From an uncultured delta proteobacterium (lineage in GTDB: Bacteria; Myxococcota_A; Polyangia; Haliangiales; Haliangiaceae): 64,000 nucleotides of DNA. The stretch covers positions 32,001 to 96,000 of the forward strand of contig CAWKDB010000010.1 of the NCBI GenBank assembly GCA_963848295.1, written 5' to 3'. Under the pieces are notes generated by a model. That model did not search any database. It had not been told where the DNA came from and saw only the letters and a program-made list of their open reading frames with translations. The translations under genes were made by a program, and so were the position numbers. Numbering within the stretch: the first letter of the stretch is position 1; each line of letters opens with the position of its first letter. Below, piece by piece: positions 20,746-30,543 of this stretch.

Positions 20746-21394
20746 CGCGATCGAGGATCGCGAGCACGTCGGCCCTGGTCGGCACCGGGTGCATCACGAA
20801 CGCGAGGCCGCCGCCATCGGCGGCGACGAACACGCCGTCGGGCACGACCAGGTGAAAGTGCACGTTCAGGTTGACCAACCCGCCGAAGCGCTGCACGAAC
20901 GTGATCGCGCCCGTCTTCGGCGCGCGGATCCCACGCGCTCGTGCAACGCGCCGCTGCCACGCGCCGACCGCCTTGACCGCGAGCCCGCCGACCCAGCTCG
21001 CCCACGCCGGCTCGCGGGCCAGCCGTAGCCGGAGCGCTTTGGGCACGGTGAACACCCACTGTCGATACGGCGCGCGCGGCAGCACGTGATCGACGAGGTG
21101 CGCCGCGGTGTCCGCCATGCGGCGCGCCGTGCACGACGGACAGATCCCGCGCCGCTTGCACGAGAACGCCACGACCAGCTCGTCGGCGCACGCCTGGGAG
21201 CGCACGCGCGCGAACCCGTGCGCGAGGATCCCGCACCGCAGATACTCGGCGAGCTCGCGCTCCACGTAGCGCGGCAGCCCGGTACGCCCGGTGTCGTCGT
21301 CGCGTAGCTCGGCGAACATCGTCTGCGCGTGACCCGCGATCAGCTCGTGCAGCACGGTGCGCTCCGGCGTCCGTCGCCGGTACGCGCCGAGCGG
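20746..21394 (-). pseudogene. IS91-family transposase fragment (N-terminal half)
   Basis: YRRRTPERT, YLRCGILAHGFAR, FSCKRRGICPSC, NVHFH (HUH); no start codon, truncated after ILDR. Confidence 0.9.
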
Positions 21395-21398
21395 TTAG

Positions 21399-22550
21399 GA
21401 ACGGCTGGTCGCATTCGCGTGTAAAACGCGAGGATTCTGTCCTTCGTGCACGAGTCGCAGGATGGCTGGAGCCGCGGCGCATTTGATCGACCGAGTTCTC
21501 CCGCCGGTACCCTATCGGCAGTGGGTCCTGTCGTTGCCGCGTCACGTGCGGTTTCTCCTCGCTCGCGATGAAGCCTTATTCGGTGAGGTCCTCGGTGTGT
21601 TCTTGCACAAGGTGTTCGCCTGGCAGCGTCGACGCGCGCGCGCCCATGGCATCGCCGACCCTCGCTGCGGCGCCGTTTCGTTCTTGCAGCGGTTCGGCTC
21701 CTTGTTGAACTTGAACTGCCATATCCATGCGCTGCTGCCCGATGGGGTATTCGCGACCGGCCCTGACGGTGCCGTAGCATTCCACGCCGTGCCACCGCCG
21801 TGGGACGACGACGTCGTCCGGTTGCTCGGCCAAATCGGCCGCGCGATTCACCGTCTCATCGAACGGCGCCTCGCCGACCACGGCGACGATCCGCCGGCGG
21901 ACCTGCGTGCCGCCGAGCAAGCGGAGGCAATCGCCCGTGTCCCAGCGTTCGGCAATGCATCACGCCCGACGGCCGGTCGCCGCTCCGCGTTCTGCGACGG
22001 CTATTCGCTCCACGCGGAGCGGCTGGTCGACGCCGACAATCGCGACGGCCTTGAGCGGCTGTGTCGCTACGGCGCGCGTTCGCCGGTCGCGAACTCGCGG
22101 CTCGCGCGCGATGGCCGTGGTCGCGTCGTGATGTCGCTCAAACGCCCGCTGCACGACGGCCGCACCGAACTCGCGTTCGAACCCGTGGAGTTCTTGCGCC
22201 GGCTCGCGACGCTGATCCCGCCACCGCGCACCCACCTCACTCGCTTTCACGGCGTATTCGCACCTCACCACGCGTTTCGCGCGGCCGTGATTCCCGCGGC
22301 CCCCGAGGTCACCGCGCCCAGGCGATGCCGGCGGTTTGACTGGGCGGCGTTGATGAAGCGCGTGTTTGCCGTCGACGAACTCGAGTGCGACGGCTGCGGC
22401 GGCCCGATGCGTATCCTTGCGGTCCTTTCCGAGGGCGACGCCACACGCGCCATTCTCGAACACCTCGGCCTGCCCACGCAGACTCTACGCCCCCAGGCGC
22501 ATGCACCACCCGCGTGCTTCGACGACCCGATGAACGAGTTCGACGCTTGA
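21399..22550 (+). pseudogene. IS91-family transposase lacking its N-terminus
   Basis: Frame opens after TAG mid zinc domain (ERLVAFACKTRGFCPSC); NCHIH (HUH), RLCRYGAR, RFHGVFAP, CDGCGGPM. Confidence 0.9.
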
Positions 22551-22711
22551 TCCGCGACCCTTGTCGTCGGAATCGCGGGGTGCGGCTGGCTTCGACCTGG
22601 ACCGGCCTTCTGTGATGTAGCTGGCATCAGATACGCGCCGAGCCGCGCTGCTCTGGGCCTACTCGAGGGCTCGACCTCCCCGCTTCTTCCCGGGGAGCCC
22701 TCACAATTGCT

Positions 22712-22732
22712 GCTTTATTTTACTTATCCGCA
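22712..22732 (+). repeat. oriIS-like end motif, copy 1
   Basis: GCTTTATTTTACTTATCCGCA, ~160 bp downstream of the IS91-like transposase; 18/21 identical to copy 2. Confidence 0.55.
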
Positions 22733-22889
22733 ACGCGGTAGACTCGAACCGATGGTGCGTCGTGACGACGACGGAAGCCCCGCCCTGCCACCCCGCCAGT
22801 TTGTTAGGTAGCTTATAATCGACTGGCGCTTAACCAGGTGACTCCCAACGATGTGCTTGCGGCTCACGATTGCCGTTTCCCAAATACCC

Positions 22890-22910
22890 GCTTTGTTTTA
22901 CCTATGCGCA
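22890..22910 (+). repeat. oriIS-like end motif, copy 2
   Basis: GCTTTGTTTTACCTATGCGCA; coincides with the stop of the adjacent minus-strand ORF. Confidence 0.55.
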
Positions 22911-23162
22911 TCGGGCCAGCAGGTTCTGTTTGGGATCCGCGCCACTTGGCGGCGCCGGCTGTTCGCTTAGGCGGAGCATGTCGAGTATCGAGTGAGTTCC
23001 GTCTTCAGCTTGCGCTTCGAGCAACTCCTCAATCGAGTTAAAGGACGCACCTTCATGCGAGTAGAAATCACGACGGGTGAAGACGTCGCGTTGCAGTCTC
23101 GAGAACGCCGCTGAAATACCGGTCTCGTATGGCACAAAATACGACCAACCTGAGGCACCCAT
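22902..23162 (-). pseudogene. Hypothetical protein, probably 3'-truncated
   Basis: MGASGWSYFVPY...GTHSILD looks like a conserved N-terminal domain; stop lies inside the oriIS-like motif. Confidence 0.55.
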
Positions 23163-23290
23163 GCCGGATTTGTAGCACGTTGGAATCGGTCGTGATCATG
23201 CGCCCTTCAGAAAATGCGAATCTGCTACGCTTTGCGAGTGGCGAGTTCCCGCGACGCTCGAGCGGTGCTCCAGACTTCGGGACGCTGATC

Positions 23291-25549
23291 TCATTGGAGT
23301 TGGGTTTCGAAGCGTAGGGGAAGGCGCTTGTGATCACTCGGCAGGATCAGGCCGCGCTGGGTAAGATGACCGAGCAGATGATGAATCGCGTCGAGCTCGG
23401 ATCGATTGGCTGCGGGCGCGAGGCGGACGATGATGGCGTGTTCGGTGATTGCCACCTTTGCCGGCGCGGCGAACAGGTTCGCGACGAGCTTCTTCGCCTC
23501 TCGGGGCCGGCTCATGTGCGGTGCGGCGATCGCGGCCAGCTCGGACTCGGCGTTGGCGCAGACGACGCGGATGACGTCGATGACAGTCTTGAGCTTGCCC
23601 GTGTGGCGGACGAGCTTGCCGGCGAGCTCGGTCTCTTCGACGGCGGCGTGCTTCGGAAACAGCGGGCGGAGCGCCTCGAGCTGCCGCTGCCATTCGAGCG
23701 ACTCTGCGAGCTCGCGTTCGACACGCTCGCGTCGCTTGTCGTCCGCGGCCAGCCGCGCCAGCTCGCGGCGTGCGTCGCCCTCGGCGGTGCGCCAGACCCG
23801 CAGCGCGCGCTCGAGCTTTCGACGTGCCGGGTTCGGGATGATCGTCCCGGGTGGATACGGTTCGACGCGCCGGCCGTCGAGCTGGTTGATGCCCCAGCGC
23901 TCGACCCCGTGCTTGAAGCCGTTCTCCTGGCGCCAGCGGAGCCACAGGATCTCGACGAGCCGCTCCGCGGGCAGCTTCGAGGCGGCGAGCAAGCTCACCT
24001 GTCGACCATCTTCGGTGCAGACCATGATGCGACGAAGGCGCCCGCGACCCTCGCCGAGATTTCGCAATCGGCTCTCGTGCAGCCCGACCTGTTCGCCCGC
24101 GATCGTCGCCGCTGTAAACGCCGTCGCCGGCAGCTCGGCGTAGGGCTTTCGCTCGTACGTGACGAAGTCGAAGTGGGCCTCGCGCAGCGCCGCGAGTTGC
24201 GCGGCAAACGCACCACCGCGATCGAAGGCGAGCAGGATCGTCTCGTCGGGGCCGAGCGCTTTGCGCAGGCGCTGGCCCAGGGGCAGCAGCCACTCGGTCA
24301 GGTGATCGTGCGACGGCACCGGCACGCGAAACATCGGCCGGCCGTCCTCGTCGTGGACGTAGTAGTCGGTCGTCCCGGGCAGCACGCGCTTGGCCTGCAT
24401 CCGCCAGCCCTTTCGCACGACATGCTTGCCCGTATACGGCCGTAGATGGTTGTCGACGTAGAAGATCGCCGGGGCGCCGTCGCTCGCTGCGGTTGCGATC
24501 AGCCGCTCGGCCATCCGTGCCTCCAGCGCGGCGCCGGCGTCGGTCTGTGCGAGCAATCGACCGAGGATCTTGCGGACCCCGCTGGCCGTGGGCACGCGCT
24601 CGGCGCGCAGCAGCGTCGCGCCGGTCGGTGTCGCGAGTCGGCGCACACCCTCGACGACGAATTGCTTGAGCGCGAGCGCACAGATCACCGCGTCGAGCGC
24701 GATCCGCAGCCCATCGGGATGCCGGCCCTCGAACGCGCGCTGCGCCTCTTCGTGCAGCCCCATCTCGCCGGCAAGCGCGAGCAAGATCCAGCAGCCGGCG
24801 TGCTGCACGAGCTTTCCGCCGCGGACCGGCTGCGCCGTCATCGGCACCTGATCCTTGTCGTCGAATTCGTCGGCCGTGACCGGATCGTCGCCGAGGTCGA
24901 CATCGCGATCCGGTCCGGCGATCAGCAGTGCGAGCTGCCCGGCGATCGCGGTCGGCGCGGCCTGCCGTGCCGCCTCGACAGGGCTCCCGGCGGCGCGCTC
25001 ACGACGCCAGTCGTCCCAAACGCGCCACACCGTCGAATACACGAGGCGCTGTTTGCGCGGCTGTTCGCGGTGCGCGTCGATCGGCATTCGCCCCGCGTCG
25101 AACATCGCGTACCAAACAGTTCGCAACTCCCGCGTTACCTTCGTAACTCCTCCGCGTCGCGGTCCCAGCACCGCAGCAAACCCCGCGGCTTCTTCCTTCC
25201 GCCGCAGGCGCCGCAAATGTTCGTCCGTGATCCCGAATGCTGTTGCCAGTCGCCCGAGGTGGAACTGATCGGTTTTCGCGAGCGTCACTGCCAGTACGTT
25301 GCGAGGGCCGCGGTCATCGTCGTCCAGATCGAACCCGCCGATCAGCGTCCCGCCGATGTACACGCTCGCGATCGTGTCCCGGACGATCACCACCCCGTCC
25401 GACGAGAAACGCCGGATTTCGTGGGCGGGCTTTGGCGACGGCTCAGGCAAGGCGAGGTCGAGAGCTTCCATCGTTGCCAAGACAACCGCCAGCGATCCGA
25501 AATTCCCACAATCCATCGATCTAATCGAATTCTCGTAAACCCGCGTCAT
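23291..25549 (-). CDS. Large putative DDE transposase (alternative start 25471)
   Basis: N-terminal HTH-like region, then YVDNH, AFDRGG and RWRQENGFK motifs. Confidence 0.8.
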   Translation of the reverse strand: MTRVYENSIRSMDCGNFGSLAVVLATMEALDLALPEPSPKPAHEIRRFSSDGVVIVRDTIASVYIGGTLIGGFDLDDDDRGPRNVLAVTLAKTDQFHLGRLATAFGITDEHLRRLRRKEEAAGFAAVLGPRRGGVTKVTRELRTVWYAMFDAGRMPIDAHREQPRKQRLVYSTVWRVWDDWRRERAAGSPVEAARQAAPTAIAGQLALLIAGPDRDVDLGDDPVTADEFDDKDQVPMTAQPVRGGKLVQHAGCWILLALAGEMGLHEEAQRAFEGRHPDGLRIALDAVICALALKQFVVEGVRRLATPTGATLLRAERVPTASGVRKILGRLLAQTDAGAALEARMAERLIATAASDGAPAIFYVDNHLRPYTGKHVVRKGWRMQAKRVLPGTTDYYVHDEDGRPMFRVPVPSHDHLTEWLLPLGQRLRKALGPDETILLAFDRGGAFAAQLAALREAHFDFVTYERKPYAELPATAFTAATIAGEQVGLHESRLRNLGEGRGRLRRIMVCTEDGRQVSLLAASKLPAERLVEILWLRWRQENGFKHGVERWGINQLDGRRVEPYPPGTIIPNPARRKLERALRVWRTAEGDARRELARLAADDKRRERVERELAESLEWQRQLEALRPLFPKHAAVEETELAGKLVRHTGKLKTVIDVIRVVCANAESELAAIAAPHMSRPREAKKLVANLFAAPAKVAITEHAIIVRLAPAANRSELDAIHHLLGHLTQRGLILPSDHKRLPLRFETQLQ

Positions 25550-25814
25550 TCGATCAGTTCACGAAATGCGGCCCGAACTCTGGTGATCGCCTTGCTCGCG
25601 ATCGCGCCGGACTGACCGGATTCCACGCACTCAACCTGCGCTTCTTCCGGGAGACCGACATCCCGCGATCGATCGTCGCCTATGTGCGCGACGAGCCCGG
25701 GGCCTTCGTCAGCGATTGATCATGAGCCGTGCGACAGCGCGTCTCGCGCTGCGATCCAGCCGGCGGCCTTGATCTCAATCTCGGCAAGCTCCGCCCGGGT
25801 CGCAGTCCGCGACC

Positions 25815-26377
25815 ATGCCGCCTTCGAGCTGTCTAACCCCTCATCACCAACCATCCGCCGCTCGCGCACGATGCCCAGGGCTCAGGGTCGCGGTCCCGAA
25901 CGGGACCACGCACTGGCGCATCCAGCGTTTCACCGGCGGCGCCCGAGGACCCTGCCGGGCCGCTTCGAGCTCGACCTCATGCCCGAGCAGTTGCTCGAGA
26001 TGTGCGGATCTGGCCAGTACCGCATCGAAGCGCTCGACGAGTACGGCAAGCCGCTCGCGGAGGTCGCGAAGATCGTCGTCGGAATCCCGAACGACGGGTC
26101 GACCGCTAAGACCGCCGCGAATCAGAACATGCGCACGATCGCGTCGCCGACCGACTCGCGCTTGATGCTCGAGACGATCGCGCAGATGTCGCGCGCGCAT
26201 TCGGAGTCGCTGCAGTCGCTCGCAAACGCGCAGGCGGATTGGATCAAGACGCTCGCGACGGCGAAGCAGCTCCCGCGCAACGTGAATGCGGCCGTGACAG
26301 CGCTTGAGACAAGGGTCCATGAGCTCGCCGGGCGGACACTGCGGCGCGTCCGAGGGAGAGCCCGAAGCGCCCGGTGA
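25815..26377 (+). pseudogene. Hypothetical island protein with frameshift at ~25943
   Basis: Adding one C joins GTTHWRIQRFTGGA to PRTLPGRFEL...GQYRIEALDEYGKP; C-terminus uncertain. Confidence 0.45.
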
Positions 26378-26657
26378 CGCGGTGGCAGCGCTATCCGCTC
26401 GTGGTAATACTCGCGCCAGAACGCGACGAACACCACCTGCTGCTCGTCGAGCGAGCGCCGCCTTCGTCGCTTCCGCCTTCAGCCTGCGGCGGGGTGACCG
26501 AGCGCGATCCGCTCGGGTGCGATACCGAGCTTCACCCACCACTCCGAGCGCCTCCACCTCGCTCGGACCCGCTTGGTCCTGCGCTCATCGGGGGCGGCCG
26601 AAACGCGCTGCGCTTCGCTGCGATGATTGTTCGGGCCAACGCCACCAGGTTACAACC

Positions 26658-26678
26658 GGTGGGCAAACGGTGGGCAAA
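26658..26678 (+). promoter_or_regulatory. Putative integrase arm-type sites (GGTGGGCAAA x2)
   Basis: Exact decamers at 26658-26667 and 26669-26678, 25 bp from the tRNA 3' end. Confidence 0.75.
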
Positions 26679-26703
26679 TCCCGCTTCCGATCGTCTAACT
26701 ACG

Positions 26704-26775
26704 TGGAGGTTAAGGGGATCGAACCCTTGGCCCTCGGCTTGCAAAGCCGATGCTCTCCCGCTGAGCTAAACCCCC
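26704..26775 (-). tRNA. tRNA-Ala (anticodon UGC), CCA not encoded
   Basis: GGGGGTT-TAGCTCAGCGGGAGAGC-A-TCGGC-TTTGCAA-GCCGA-GGGCC-AAGGG-TTCGATC-CCCTT-AACCTCC-A; full cloverleaf with G3:U70. Confidence 0.97.
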
Positions 26776-26785
26776 GTCGGCTGAC

Positions 26786-26815
26786 ACCTTGCCCGCAGCG
26801 CGGGCGGTTCGTCAA
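26786..26815 (-). promoter_or_regulatory. Possible sigma70 promoter of tRNA-Ala
   Basis: TTGACG-18 nt-CAAGGT ending 10 nt upstream of the tRNA. Confidence 0.4.
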
Positions 26816-26816
26816 G

Positions 26817-27722
26817 TCACTCGGACTTCGGCTCGGTCCCGGGCAGGGCTTCGTCGAGGACGATGTCGACGAGGTCCTCTTGCGGGCGCTCGAGCGGGCG
26901 CACCGGTTCCTTCTTCGGAAACAGCGGCGGCGGGTACATCGCGCGCGCGGTCGGCGACGCCTGGCCCCAGATCAAGAACATGACGCTCCAGATCGTCGGC
27001 ATGCCGAAGCAGATCTCGGGGTAGTGCATCGCGAAGCCGCAGGTGTAGCCGAGCGCGAGCAGCGCGAGCAGCAGAGCGCTGACCAGCTTGTTCTTGGTCA
27101 TGCCGACTTTTGGCATCGGGAGGCGAGAGGCCATCAGATAGCCGCCGACCACGAGCGCGATCGGGAAGTACTTCCACACGCCGAGCGGGGTGTGGAGGTT
27201 GTCGCCGAACAGCTTCGCGCCGCCGAACGACGGCGTCGTGGTGACGTCGTACTTGAGGAACAGCAGCATCCAGATCGCGATCAACCCGCCGGTCAGCGTC
27301 GTCGGGAAGCCGAAGAACATCTTGGTGGCGACCTGATCGTCGGTCAGCACGTTGTAGCGAGCGAGCCGGAACACCGCGCACAGCATGTACGCACCGCACG
27401 CCATGAACAGCAGCGTGTGGCCGGTGCCCTGTTGGAACGGCAGATCGGGGCGCGATGACAGATACGACAGGACGAGGAACGCCGGCGCGACGCCGAAGTT
27501 CAAGAAGTCGGCGAACGAGTCGAGCTGCATGCCGATCTCGCTCGTCGCCTTGAGCGCGCGCGCGACCAGGCCGTCGACGCGATCGGTGAGCACGGCATAG
27601 ATGATCATCCACGCGGACAGCGGGGCGTCGCCGCGCGACGCCGCCCACAACGACACGAGGCCGAAGATCATCGACGACAGCGTGATCAGGTTCGGTGCGA
27701 GGTAGCGCAGGACGCGGGTCAC
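26817..27722 (-). CDS. pssA: CDP-alcohol phosphatidyltransferase (PssA-like)
   Basis: PNLIT and D..DG..AR.......G..LDS.AD signature; FRLARYN, FFGFP. Confidence 0.8.
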   Translation of the reverse strand: MTRVLRYLAPNLITLSSMIFGLVSLWAASRGDAPLSAWMIIYAVLTDRVDGLVARALKATSEIGMQLDSFADFLNFGVAPAFLVLSYLSSRPDLPFQQGTGHTLLFMACGAYMLCAVFRLARYNVLTDDQVATKMFFGFPTTLTGGLIAIWMLLFLKYDVTTTPSFGGAKLFGDNLHTPLGVWKYFPIALVVGGYLMASRLPMPKVGMTKNKLVSALLLALLALGYTCGFAMHYPEICFGMPTIWSVMFLIWGQASPTARAMYPPPLFPKKEPVRPLERPQEDLVDIVLDEALPGTEPKSE

Positions 27723-28126
27723 GGTGACTTTCGCTTGTGCGCGTGATCCATCAGCTTCGCGTACAACCGCGGGCCGAGGCTGTCGCTCATCATGGCTTCG
27801 ACGGCGCGTGCGATTTCGGCCTGCGCGTCGCCTTGGCGGTAGACGAAGCGGATCGCCATGCCAGGCTCTTCATCCGTGCCGACATCGATGATGCGCTGGA
27901 CCTCGCCGTGGATGGTCAGCGGCTCGTCGCGGCCCGGCACGAACAGCTTGAACAAGAACTCGGTGCCGATCGGTAACGGTCGGCTTGTCTTGATGAACGT
28001 TCCGCCGCGCGAGATGTTCTTGGTGTAGTCGGCGAAGAACGTGTTGAGCCGCTTGTATTCGACCTTGAGCTCGATCGGTTGCCGGTCGTCGGCGCGCCGT
28101 TCGGGCGGAGAGTCGTCGTCGGGCAC
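27719..28126 (-). CDS. PilZ-domain protein, TIGR02266-type
   Basis: ERRADDRQP (RxxxR), NISRGGTFI, PGMAIRF. Confidence 0.9.
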   Translation of the reverse strand: MPDDDSPPERRADDRQPIELKVEYKRLNTFFADYTKNISRGGTFIKTSRPLPIGTEFLFKLFVPGRDEPLTIHGEVQRIIDVGTDEEPGMAIRFVYRQGDAQAEIARAVEAMMSDSLGPRLYAKLMDHAHKRKSP

Positions 28127-28162
28127 GGCACACTCTACCAGGACCGCGGGTCACCGGCGGTC

Positions 28163-30541
28163 ATGAGCGAGGGTCAATCGCGCACCGCCGTGCGCCGGAT
28201 GTTGCGACACGCACGGCTGTGGATCTGGGTCGCGCTGACCACCGCGGTCGCCCTCGGGCTCGGCCGGGTGCCGCTGTTCGGGACGCTCGGCTACGAGCTC
28301 GCGCTGGCGTCGTGCGTGCTCGCGATGATCGGCGGGCTCGATCTGGGCGCGGCGCTCGCGCGCGAGCTGCAACGCATGCCGGCCGTCGGCATCGCACGCG
28401 CGACGTATCCCGGGCGTAGCCTCGCGCGGTCGACGGCCGTCGCCGCCGGGCTCGCGGTCGCGGTCGCGGCGATCCCCGGCGTGATCGCGGCAGTGCGCGG
28501 GCTGTGGCTGACGACGTGCGACTGGACGTTCGGCTTGGAGTGTTACATCGCGATGCCGCTCGCGACCGCGGCGCTCGCCGGGGCACTCGGCCACATCATC
28601 GGCGTCGCGGTCGGGCCGCGGCGGTTCTGGTGTGCCGCGCTCGCGCAGCTGCCGTGGCTCCTCATCGGCGCGCATGCGCTGTGGTGGTTCTACGTGACGC
28701 CTCCGGTGTTCAGCTACAACGCGGTGCTCGGGTATTTTCCGGGCAACATCTACGACGAAAACCTGCAGCTGACCGCCGCGCTCGTGTGGTCGCGGCTCGA
28801 GCAGCTCGCGTGGCTGGTCGCGCTCGCCGCGCTCGTCGCGAATCGGCTCGACGTCGCGTCGTTCCGGCTCGTGTGGCGCGGGCCGCGGCCGTACGGCCGG
28901 CGGGTGTTGCCGCTCGTCGTCGCCGCGCTCGCCACCGCCGGCGCGGTGACGTTACGCTGGAACGGCGGCGCGCTCGGCTACGCGATCGACGGCGACGACG
29001 TCGCGGAGGCGCTCGGCGGCCGGTACGAGACCGCGCACTTCGTGATCCACTACGCGAAGACCAAGGCGATCGACGACGAGATCGAGCTGATCGCCGAGGA
29101 TCACGAGCTGCGGTACGCACAGGTCGTGGCGCAGCTCGGCGTCGAGCCCGATGGCAAGATCGAGTCGTATTACTTCGCCGACAACGATCAGAAGGCGCGG
29201 TGGTTCGGGCCGAAGAACGTCGACATGGCCAAGCCGTGGCAGCGCGCGATCTTCATCGACCATCGCGCGTTTCCGCATCCGACGCTGCGCCACGAGATCG
29301 CGCACGCCGTCGCCAGCGAGTTCGGCGATCCATGGTTCGGCGTGTCTGCTCGGCGCGTGCTCGGCATGCCCTTGCTCGTCAATCCCGGGTTGATCGAAGG
29401 GCTCGCGGTCGCGGTCGACTGGCCGGGCGACTACGACCGGATGACGCCGCACGAAGCGGTGCGCGCCCTCGAGGCGATGGGCAGCACGCCGGACGTGAGC
29501 GAGCTGATGTCGCTGCGGTTCCTCGAGGTGTCGGCGAGCCGCAGCTACATGACCGCCGGCTCGTTCCTGCGGTACTTGCTCGAGCACTACGGCGCGGCTC
29601 GGCTGCGCGCGCTCTATCACAACGGCGGCGATTTCCTGGCGGCGTACGGCGAGTCGTTCGCGCAGCTCGAGGACGCGTGGCGCGCGATGATCGAGACGAT
29701 CGCGGTGCCGCCCGAGGCGATCGAGGCGTCGCGCGAACGGTTTCGCGCCGGCTCGGTGTTCTCTCGACCATGTCCGCACGCGACCGCGGCGCGACGCGAA
29801 CGCGCCGACGAAGACTTCCTCGCCGGGCATCGCGAGCGCGCGATCATGCTGATGCGCGAGAACTGCAGCGAACAGCCGGAAGAGCCGCAACACCGGATCC
29901 ACCTCGGCGAGATGCTGTCGGCCGGCGACGCGAGCGAACGCGCCGAGGCGCTGCGGTTGTGGACCGCGATCGCCGACGACGCGGCCGGCGCGACGTCGAC
30001 CGTGCGCGTCGATGCGTTCGATCACCTGATCCGCACCGCCGCCCAGGCCGGCGACCTCACGCGCACCGCAGCGCTGCTCGCTCGCGCGTCCGAGCTACCG
30101 GTCGAGGGTCAGCGCGCGCGCACGGTCGAGGCCGAGCGGTTCGCGCTCGATCACACCGGGCCTGCACGGGCCGCCCTCGTCGCCTACTTCTTTGCGGGTC
30201 GCGTGCTCGATCCGCAGCTCGCCGCGTGGCTCGCGACGGTCGCCGAGCCCGATCTCGGCCTCGGCCACTATCTGCTCGGGCTTCGCCGCGACGGTGCGAG
30301 CGATTGGAGCGGCGCCGCGACCGAGCTCGACCGCGGGCTGACGCTCGGCCTGCCCGGCCCGCTGTTCGTCAAGAACGCGGCGCGCCAGCTCGCGATCACG
30401 GCGTACCGCGCTCACCGCACCGAGCTCGTCGAGCACGCGATCACCGCGCTGCGCGAGTCGCCCGGCATGGGCATCGTCGACGGCTTGCTAGCGACGGATT
30501 GGGAGCAGCGGCTGACGTTCGACCGAACCGGGCATCTCTGA
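28163..30541 (+). CDS. Membrane protein with gluzincin (peptidase MA-like) domain and TPR-like tail
   Basis: N-terminal TM helices; HEIAH followed by LIEGLA; YMTAGSF. Confidence 0.75.
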   Translation: MSEGQSRTAVRRMLRHARLWIWVALTTAVALGLGRVPLFGTLGYELALASCVLAMIGGLDLGAALARELQRMPAVGIARATYPGRSLARSTAVAAGLAVAVAAIPGVIAAVRGLWLTTCDWTFGLECYIAMPLATAALAGALGHIIGVAVGPRRFWCAALAQLPWLLIGAHALWWFYVTPPVFSYNAVLGYFPGNIYDENLQLTAALVWSRLEQLAWLVALAALVANRLDVASFRLVWRGPRPYGRRVLPLVVAALATAGAVTLRWNGGALGYAIDGDDVAEALGGRYETAHFVIHYAKTKAIDDEIELIAEDHELRYAQVVAQLGVEPDGKIESYYFADNDQKARWFGPKNVDMAKPWQRAIFIDHRAFPHPTLRHEIAHAVASEFGDPWFGVSARRVLGMPLLVNPGLIEGLAVAVDWPGDYDRMTPHEAVRALEAMGSTPDVSELMSLRFLEVSASRSYMTAGSFLRYLLEHYGAARLRALYHNGGDFLAAYGESFAQLEDAWRAMIETIAVPPEAIEASRERFRAGSVFSRPCPHATAARRERADEDFLAGHRERAIMLMRENCSEQPEEPQHRIHLGEMLSAGDASERAEALRLWTAIADDAAGATSTVRVDAFDHLIRTAAQAGDLTRTAALLARASELPVEGQRARTVEAERFALDHTGPARAALVAYFFAGRVLDPQLAAWLATVAEPDLGLGHYLLGLRRDGASDWSGAATELDRGLTLGLPGPLFVKNAARQLAITAYRAHRTELVEHAITALRESPGMGIVDGLLATDWEQRLTFDRTGHL

Positions 30542-30543
30542 CG

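Larger units (their letters stand above)
17003..26703. mobile_element. Integrative element / genomic island in tRNA-Ala(UGC)
   Basis: Flanked by 44-bp tRNA 3' direct repeat; tyrosine integrase at one end; excisionase-like HTH; IS remnants inside. Confidence 0.9.

Noticed and set aside
22801..22820. GTTAGGT and TATAAT as an integron attC site or promoter
   Set aside because: No matching RYYYAAC or attC stem upstream, no integron integrase and no plausible -35 element
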